Position numbers and translations under genes: made by a program
Part shown: one piece after another, positions 58,343 through 64,000 of the stretch
Layout: each line of letters opens with the position of its first letter
How positions within the stretch are numbered: the stretch's first letter is position 1
Assembly: GCA_049968315.1 (NCBI GenBank)
Contig: JBMFRA010000007.1
Coordinates: 4,025-68,024, forward strand
Origin: Acidobacteriota bacterium
GTDB lineage: Bacteria; Acidobacteriota; UBA4820; DSQY01
Direction of reading: 5' to 3'
DNA: 64,000 nt
Notes under the pieces: generated by a model
The model's database searches: none
The model's input: the letters and a program-made list of their open reading frames with translations, nothing else
Told to the model about the DNA's origin: nothing

Positions 58343-59361
58343 CGCGGCCCCCCCTTTGCCCCGGCGGGAGGGAGCGCCACGTCGTACAGGAGGGGCTCCC
58401 GGGCGTCGGTCCAGGCGAGTACGAAGGCCCTCTCGGCGGAGACCGCCGGGGGAAGCCGCAGGTCCCCGGCCGGGCACCGCCAGCTCCACAGGAGCTTGCC
58501 GTCGGAGGGCGAGAGGAGGAGAAGGCGGGAGCCCTCGGCCTCCGAGAGGAAGAGCCCCTGCGGGAGGAGGAGGGGCCCCGAAAGCGGCCGGCCCTCCAGC
58601 CGGAAGTGCCACACGACCCGGCCCTTCGGGTCGAGGGCCCTGACGAAGTGGTTGGAGGTGGCGAAGACCACGAGGCCCGATGCGGCGGCGGGTGGGGCCA
58701 TCAGCTCCCCTCCCGCGGCGAAGCGAAAGAGCTTCCGTCCCGAGGCGGCCGAAAGGGCCACCAGGTCCCCCCGGGAGGTGCCGGTGTAGAGGCGGTCCCC
58801 GGCGAGGAGGGCGGGCCCCGGTGCACCGGAGGGTGGGGTCCAGGCGAAGACCGGAGTCCCGCCGGCGGCGAGACGCAGGGCCGCCGCTTCCCCGCGGATC
58901 CAGTAGCCGCCGTCCCCCAGGGCGTTGCCGTCCCAGGCCTCGAAGGGGAGGGGTACCGGCCGGCCGTCGGGGAGGACGAGCCGATCCTTCAGGAGGATGG
59001 CGGGCCTCGGTTCCCCCGGCAGGAGGCGGAGGGCGCCGGCGTACCCCCCGTCCGCCAGCCGGGGAGGGCCGTCCCCCAGGCGCCAGAGGCCCCCCGACCC
59101 GTCCAGCGCCCACACCGCCTCTCGGGTGGCCAGGGGGGCCAGGGAGGAGTCCACGGGGGCCGGCGAGCACTGGGGGGCCCCCTCCCCCGCCTTCAGGATC
59201 TGGAGGCGGTTTTCGGCGCCGAAGAGGTACAGCGTCTCCCCGGAGAGGACCGGCGGCCAGAGGACCTTGAGGTCCAGGGGCAGGCCCCGCTCTCCCGCCG
59301 CCCCGGCCCACAGGGCCAGAAGGCACGCCGAGAAGGCTAGGAGGCGCCTCCGTCCCACCAT
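58339..59361 (-). CDS. PQQ-like/BamB-like beta-propeller repeat protein (exported)
   Basis: Signal peptide and repeated motifs of the type G.LVALSAASGRKLFRF and VRALDPKGRVVWHF, typical of PQQ-like propeller blades. Confidence 0.7.
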   Translation of the reverse strand: MVGRRRLLAFSACLLALWAGAAGERGLPLDLKVLWPPVLSGETLYLFGAENRLQILKAGEGAPQCSPAPVDSSLAPLATREAVWALDGSGGLWRLGDGPPRLADGGYAGALRLLPGEPRPAILLKDRLVLPDGRPVPLPFEAWDGNALGDGGYWIRGEAAALRLAAGGTPVFAWTPPSGAPGPALLAGDRLYTGTSRGDLVALSAASGRKLFRFAAGGELMAPPAAASGLVVFATSNHFVRALDPKGRVVWHFRLEGRPLSGPLLLPQGLFLSEAEGSRLLLLSPSDGKLLWSWRCPAGDLRLPPAVSAERAFVLAWTDAREPLLYDVALPPAGAKGGPR

Positions 59362-59371
59362 GGAAATCTCC

Positions 59372-61336
59372 TCAGGACCGGCTCTGGGGCTCGAGGCTGG
59401 CGATGAGGTCCTGGTTGAACAGGATGGCCTTCTTCTCGGTCAGCTCCCGCTTGCGGGCGTCCACGTAGTCGTCCAGAAACTGGGAAGCCGCTTGGCGCCG
59501 CTGCTGGCGGGCGTAGTCGTCCTTCGTCTTCTCGAAGGCCGCCAGATCCGCGGGGGTCTTTTCCGTGACGACGAAAACCACGTAGGAGAACTTGGTCTTC
59601 ACCGGGCCGCCGATTTCCCCCGGACGGGCGGAGAAGAGCGCCTCCATGAGGCCCCCGTCGAAGCCCACGCCGGGGACGCTCCCCTTGCGGTTCACGGGGC
59701 CGCTCTTCTGGGCGGAGAAGCCCTTCCGCTTGGCCTCTTCCTCGAGGGAGGCGGCGTCCTTGGCGGCGGCCTTCAGCGCCAGCGCCTCGGAACGGGCCTG
59801 CTCGAAGGCCTTCTCGTTCCGGGCCTCCTGCTCCAAATCGGCGCGGACCTCCTCGAAGGTGGCGGGGTGGGGCGGTTCCACCTTGGTCACCTTGAACCTT
59901 ACGGGGCTGTTCCGCACCTCCAAGAGACCGGACCACTTGCCGACCTCCGCCTTGAAGATCGCCTCCAGGACCTTGGGGTCCCGGCCCAGGGTGCCGGCGG
60001 GCTCCTTCTTGGAGAAGGGCCGTTCGATCTTCACCACGTCCACGCCCGCCGCCTTAGCCACCGCCTGGATTTCCGCGTCGCTCTTGGCCTTCTCCAAGTC
60101 CTTCCGGGCTTTCTCCAGGAGGGCCTCCGCCTGCTTCTGGTAACCGGGGTCCTTGAGGAGCAGGGTCTGGCGAACCTGGGCCTTCACCTCCTCGAAGGGG
60201 CGGGGCTGCCCGCCGATGCCCGTCAACTTCACCACGTGGAAGCCGAAGGGGGTCTCCACGGGGCCGGCGATCTCGCCCACGGCGTGCAGCTGGTCGAAGA
60301 CCGCCGCCGAGAAGGCCGGGACCATCCGCTCCCGCGGGAAGTACCCCAGGTCGCCCCCCTGCTTGGCGTTGGAGCCGTCCTCGGAGTACTGGGAGGCGAG
60401 CTTGGCGAAGTCTTCGCCGGCCTTGGCCCGCCGGGCGATCTCCTCGGCCTTCTTCCGGGCCTCCTCCCGCTTGGCCGGCGGGTCCTGCTCCGAGGCGCGG
60501 ATGAGGATGTGGCTGGCCCGGCGCTGGCCGGCGGCGGTGCCGAATTCGCCGGCGTGGGCCTCGTAGTAGGCCTTGAGCTGGGCGTCGTCCACCTTGATGG
60601 CCTGCCGGATAGCCTGCTCGGTGACCTGGACGTACTCGATGGCCCGCTTCTCCGGGGTTTGGAGGGAGGCCTTCTTCTTTTCGTAGAGGGCGCGGAGCTC
60701 GGCCTCGGAGGGGGGCGGAACCGCCGCCAGGAACTTGCCCGAGGGGACGAGGGCCACCAGGGCGTCCACCTTGTCGTTCTCCTCCACGTAGCGGCGCTTG
60801 AGCTCGTCCTCGGGGATGACCGTGGTTTCGGTGAGGAAGTCCCGCACCTTCTGGGCCAGGAGGTCGCTGCGGAGGAAATCCTCGAACTCCTGGGCGGAAA
60901 CCCCCAGGCGCTGGAGGGTCTCGGGGTACTCCCGCTGGGGGTCCTGGAAGCGGTAGAGGCGCTGGATGGTCTCCGCCAGCTCCCGGTCCGAGACCTCGAG
61001 GCCGTACTTGCGGGCCAGTTCCGCCAGCAGGAGCTGGTCCACCATCCCGTCGGCCACCCGCTGGGCGGCGCCCCTCAGGAAGTCGTCGCGGAAGTTGTCG
61101 CCGAGCATCTGGCGGATCTGCTCGGTATAGAACCGGTACTGCAGGCGGTAGGCCCCGGGGGAGAGGCTCTCCTTTCCCACCTTCACGGCGAAGTCGGGAC
61201 CGAAGAGGGAGTGGCCCTTCTCGTACTCCAGGCCGCCGCCCCAGAGGGCGAACATGGCGAGGAGGAAGGAGATCACCACGATCCAGAGGAGAATCTTGAG
61301 GAATTCCATGTTGCGCATGGTCTTGAGCACGTTCAT
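59372..61336 (-). CDS. ppiD: periplasmic chaperone / peptidyl-prolyl isomerase PpiD-like
   Basis: N-terminal TM anchor, SurA-N-like domain and PPIC parvulin domain (ASHILIR...GGDLGYFPRERMVPAF). 654 aa. Confidence 0.9.
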   Translation of the reverse strand: MNVLKTMRNMEFLKILLWIVVISFLLAMFALWGGGLEYEKGHSLFGPDFAVKVGKESLSPGAYRLQYRFYTEQIRQMLGDNFRDDFLRGAAQRVADGMVDQLLLAELARKYGLEVSDRELAETIQRLYRFQDPQREYPETLQRLGVSAQEFEDFLRSDLLAQKVRDFLTETTVIPEDELKRRYVEENDKVDALVALVPSGKFLAAVPPPSEAELRALYEKKKASLQTPEKRAIEYVQVTEQAIRQAIKVDDAQLKAYYEAHAGEFGTAAGQRRASHILIRASEQDPPAKREEARKKAEEIARRAKAGEDFAKLASQYSEDGSNAKQGGDLGYFPRERMVPAFSAAVFDQLHAVGEIAGPVETPFGFHVVKLTGIGGQPRPFEEVKAQVRQTLLLKDPGYQKQAEALLEKARKDLEKAKSDAEIQAVAKAAGVDVVKIERPFSKKEPAGTLGRDPKVLEAIFKAEVGKWSGLLEVRNSPVRFKVTKVEPPHPATFEEVRADLEQEARNEKAFEQARSEALALKAAAKDAASLEEEAKRKGFSAQKSGPVNRKGSVPGVGFDGGLMEALFSARPGEIGGPVKTKFSYVVFVVTEKTPADLAAFEKTKDDYARQQRRQAASQFLDDYVDARKRELTEKKAILFNQDLIASLEPQSRS

Positions 61337-61451
61337 CGAGCCGCTCCTCCCAAAGGCAAGACCCTCATTCTACTCGGAAAACGGCCTTTTCTCAACCGGC
61401 GGGGGCTTCCCGCCGGAGGGGGCTTGCCTCTACACTGGAGAGGGAGGGGCG

Positions 61452-62618
61452 ATGGCGGAAGGACCGGCGCTCATGGTGGTGGCGGGGGAGCACTCGGGGG
61501 ACCGGCACGCCGCCGCCCTCGTCCGGGCCTTCGCCGCCCGGGGGACGGGCGCCCGCTGGTTCGGGGCCGGCGGGCCCGAGCTGGCCTCCGCCGGCGTGGA
61601 GGTCCTCGTTCCCCTGGAGCGCCTGGCGGTGGTGGGGATCGGGGAGGTGGTGGGCCGCCTTCCCGATCTCCTGAGGGAGTTCCGCCGCCTGAAGGAGGCC
61701 CTCCGGGAGAGGCGCCCCCGGGCCCTGGTCCTCGTCGACTTCCCCGATTTCAACTTCCGCCTGGCCCGTTTCGCCCGCACCCTCGGCGTGCCGGTGGTGT
61801 ACTACATCACCCCCCAGGTCTGGGCCTGGCGGAGGGGCCGCACCCGGTTCCTCCGGGACTTCACCGACCTCTGCCTCGTGATCTTTCCCTTCGAGGAGGC
61901 CTTCCTCCGGGACCGGGGGGTGCGGGCGCGCTTCGTGGGCCACCCCCTGGCGGGCCAGACGGCCCCCCCTTCCCGCCGGGAGGACTTCCTCACCCGCCAC
62001 GGCTTTCCCCCGGGGGTTCCCCGGCTGGCCCTCCTGCCGGGGAGCCGCTCCTCGGAGGTGGAGAGGACCCTTCCGGTCCTCAGGGACGCCGCCCGGCTCC
62101 TCAAGGCCCGCCGCCCCGGCAGCCTCTTCCTGGTGCCCTGGGCCCCCGGTCTCCCCGAGGCCCTCTGGGAGCGCTGCGGCGGTGCGCCCCTCCAGCGGAT
62201 CCAGGGAGAGTACCTGGACGTTCTCGGCCACGCCGACGCCGCGGCGGTGGCCTCGGGGACGGCCACCCTGGAGGCGGCCCTCCTGGGGGTCCCCCAGGTC
62301 ATCGTCTACCGGGTCTCGGCCCTGACCTATCTGCTCGGAAAGACGCTGGTCCGCCTGCCTCGGGTGGGGCTTCCCAACGTGGTCCTGGGCCGGGACGCCG
62401 TACCGGAACTCCTCCAGGGGGAGTGTACGGCCCCCCGGGTGGCGGAGGCGCTGGAGGGGATCCTGGTTCGGGGGGAAGGGGCGAGGAAAGAGGCGGAGCG
62501 GCTTGCCGGGGAGGTCCAAAAAAAACTGGGCGAAGGCCTCGCCTCCGCCCGAGCCGCGGAAGTCCTGGAAGCGTTTCTGGGGGAAGTCAGACGGCCTTCT
62601 GGACCTTGCCGGCCTTGA
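61452..62618 (+). CDS. lpxB: lipid-A-disaccharide synthase
   Basis: [37 protein letters not shown] and [10 protein letters not shown] motifs. Confidence 0.93.
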   Translation: MAEGPALMVVAGEHSGDRHAAALVRAFAARGTGARWFGAGGPELASAGVEVLVPLERLAVVGIGEVVGRLPDLLREFRRLKEALRERRPRALVLVDFPDFNFRLARFARTLGVPVVYYITPQVWAWRRGRTRFLRDFTDLCLVIFPFEEAFLRDRGVRARFVGHPLAGQTAPPSRREDFLTRHGFPPGVPRLALLPGSRSSEVERTLPVLRDAARLLKARRPGSLFLVPWAPGLPEALWERCGGAPLQRIQGEYLDVLGHADAAAVASGTATLEAALLGVPQVIVYRVSALTYLLGKTLVRLPRVGLPNVVLGRDAVPELLQGECTAPRVAEALEGILVRGEGARKEAERLAGEVQKKLGEGLASARAAEVLEAFLGEVRRPSGPCRP

Positions 62619-62778
62619 GGCACTTGGCGCAGACCCGAAGGGTCTTGGTGGTCCCGCCCACGTTGGCCTTGACGGACTGCAGGTTGGGAAGCCAGCGGCG
62701 CTTGGTGAGGTTGTGGGCGTGGCTCACGTTGTTGCCCACGGAGGGCTTCTTTCCGCAGATTTCGCAAACTCTCGCCAT
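62587..62778 (-). CDS. rpmB: 50S ribosomal protein L28
   Basis: 63 aa: [34 protein letters not shown]. Only the last 64 codons of track ORF 62587..62856 are used. Confidence 0.95.
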   Translation of the reverse strand: MARVCEICGKKPSVGNNVSHAHNLTKRRWLPNLQSVKANVGGTTKTLRVCAKCLKAGKVQKAV

Positions 62779-62854
62779 GGTGGAGCTCCTTCGCGAAAGC
62801 GGAATTCTACCAAAAACACGCCGAAGGCGCAAGCACCGGTAAGGAGGCGGACCC

Positions 62855-63247
62855 ATGGACCAAGGCGCGTGGGAACGGGGATGGCGGCGGCTCCAGGAGG
62901 TGGACGGGGAACCGGGGATGAAGGCGGTGGAGCGCCTCCGGGCCCTCTCCCCCGACCTGGCCCGGTACGTGGTGGAGTTCGCCTTCGGCGAGGTCTACTC
63001 CCGCCCCGGCCTGGACGGGCGGCTGCGGGAGGCGGCGGCCCTGGGAGCCCTCGCCGCCCTCGGCCACGCCCGGCCGCAACTGAAGACCCACGTGGGGGCG
63101 GCGGTCCGGGCGGGGATGAGCCGGGAGGAGGTCCTGGAGATCCTCCTCTTCCTCGCCCCCTTCGTCGGCTTTCCCGCAGCCCTCAACGCCACCTTCGCCG
63201 CCGCCGAGGTCCTCGCGGAGGCGGAGCGGGAGGGGGGGGCACCCTGA
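62855..63247 (+). CDS. carboxymuconolactone decarboxylase (AhpD-like) family protein
   Basis: 130 aa. [13 protein letters not shown]...[23 protein letters not shown] is typical of the CMD family. Confidence 0.85.
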   Translation: MDQGAWERGWRRLQEVDGEPGMKAVERLRALSPDLARYVVEFAFGEVYSRPGLDGRLREAAALGALAALGHARPQLKTHVGAAVRAGMSREEVLEILLFLAPFVGFPAALNATFAAAEVLAEAEREGGAP

Positions 63248-63352
63248 CGGGGACCGGGAGCGGTCGCCGGGCGGGGGTTGAAGGAGAACGGCCCCTTCGG
63301 AGATAATGGGGCCTCAAGCGCTTGCTCCGGCACTTGCATCGGGAGGTCGGCC

Positions 63353-63910
63353 ATGGTCAAAGCGGTCCTTCGGGATGTGGAGGAGAAACTCAAGGCCACC
63401 GTGGAAGCCACCCGCCACGAACTGGCCTCCATCCGGGCGGGAAAGGCCAGCCTGGCCATCCTGGAACCGGTGAAGGTGGACTACTACGGCACCAAGACCC
63501 CCCTCAACCAGGTGGCCACCCTCTCCGTTCCCGAGCCCCGGCTCATCGTCATCCAACCGTGGGACCCCAAGCAGATCTCCGTGATCGAAAAGGCCATCCT
63601 CGAGGCCAACCTCGGCATGACCCCCTCCAACGACGGCCGGATCATCCGCCTGCCGGTCCCCCAGCTCACCGAGGAGCGCCGCAAGGACCTCTGCAAGAAG
63701 GCCCGGGAGGTGGGAGAGAAGGGGAAGGTCGCCGTCCGCCACATCCGCCACGAGGGGCGGGCCGCCCTCGAGAAGAAGGAAAAGGCCAAGGAGATCTCCG
63801 AAGACGAGAGGGACAAGGGCTTCGAGGAGATCCAGAAGCTCCACGACCGCGCGGTGGAGGAGATCGCCAAGTCCGTTTCCAAGAAGGAGGCGGACATCCT
63901 GGAGGTCTAG
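63353..63910 (+). CDS. frr: ribosome recycling factor
   Basis: 185 aa: LASIRAGKASLAILEPVKVDYYG, IQPWD, RIIRLPVPQLTEERR. SD GGGAGG upstream. Confidence 0.97.
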   Translation: MVKAVLRDVEEKLKATVEATRHELASIRAGKASLAILEPVKVDYYGTKTPLNQVATLSVPEPRLIVIQPWDPKQISVIEKAILEANLGMTPSNDGRIIRLPVPQLTEERRKDLCKKAREVGEKGKVAVRHIRHEGRAALEKKEKAKEISEDERDKGFEEIQKLHDRAVEEIAKSVSKKEADILEV

Positions 63911-64000
63911 TCCTCCCGGCGGGGGGCCGAGGCGGGACGGCGCCGCCGCCCGCCCGCTCCGCCGGCCAGGGGTTCTCGGAAAGGGGGTCGGGGTGGCCGC

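Noticed and set aside
58925-62842. 1305-aa plus-strand ORF spanning the propeller gene, ppiD and lpxB
   Set aside because: It is Gly/Arg/Pro-rich and runs partly antisense to ppiD and partly out of frame with lpxB, both of which carry clear family motifs. It is a frame artefact.

Overview
Very GC-rich (about 70% by eye, not computed), densely packed chromosomal core region of a diderm bacterium; lpxB, a PilQ secretin and an outer-membrane beta-barrel gene are present. I call 67 protein-coding genes (one partial at the window edge) and 2 tRNAs. I found no rRNA, CRISPR array, transposase, integrase, prophage or recognisable defence system. Housekeeping blocks: tRNA-Arg/tRNA-Leu followed by tig-clpP-clpX-lon-engB-rho; purE-tsaC-cobB-aldehyde dehydrogenase-MFS; alr-dnaB; pilMNOPQ plus three uncharacterised downstream genes, then efp; a roughly 13-kb translationally coupled minus-strand string (pta to a DUF1573 gene, including xseB-ispA-tlyA-nadK and SPFH/NfeD); guaB; prfB with its programmed +1 frameshift; ppiD-propeller-nagZ-REC/GGDEF; lpxB, rpmB and frr. 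Observations most worth follow-up: (1) a PerR-like regulator, rubrerythrin, CCG-type Fe-S protein and DUF3501 chained directly to a membrane di-iron desaturase; (2) an orphan ZAS-type anti-sigma-like ORF whose coding signal switches frame into a CPBP protease gene that has no canonical start for its first TM helix; (3) a lipoprotein, an acidic TPR protein and a Roadblock/LC7 protein coupled to pilQ, with an A10 tract at codons 2-4 of the lipoprotein; (4) a secreted five-repeat propeller fused to a transglutaminase core; (5) sigma-54 type -24/-12 elements in three intergenic regions; (6) three GGDEF proteins with intact I-sites, one fused to a PilZ domain. The many very long R/G/P-rich ORFs in the six-frame track are shadow frames of real genes. 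All family assignments come from motif recognition by eye; no searches were run. Start codons are often GTG or TTG and are uncertain by a few codons.
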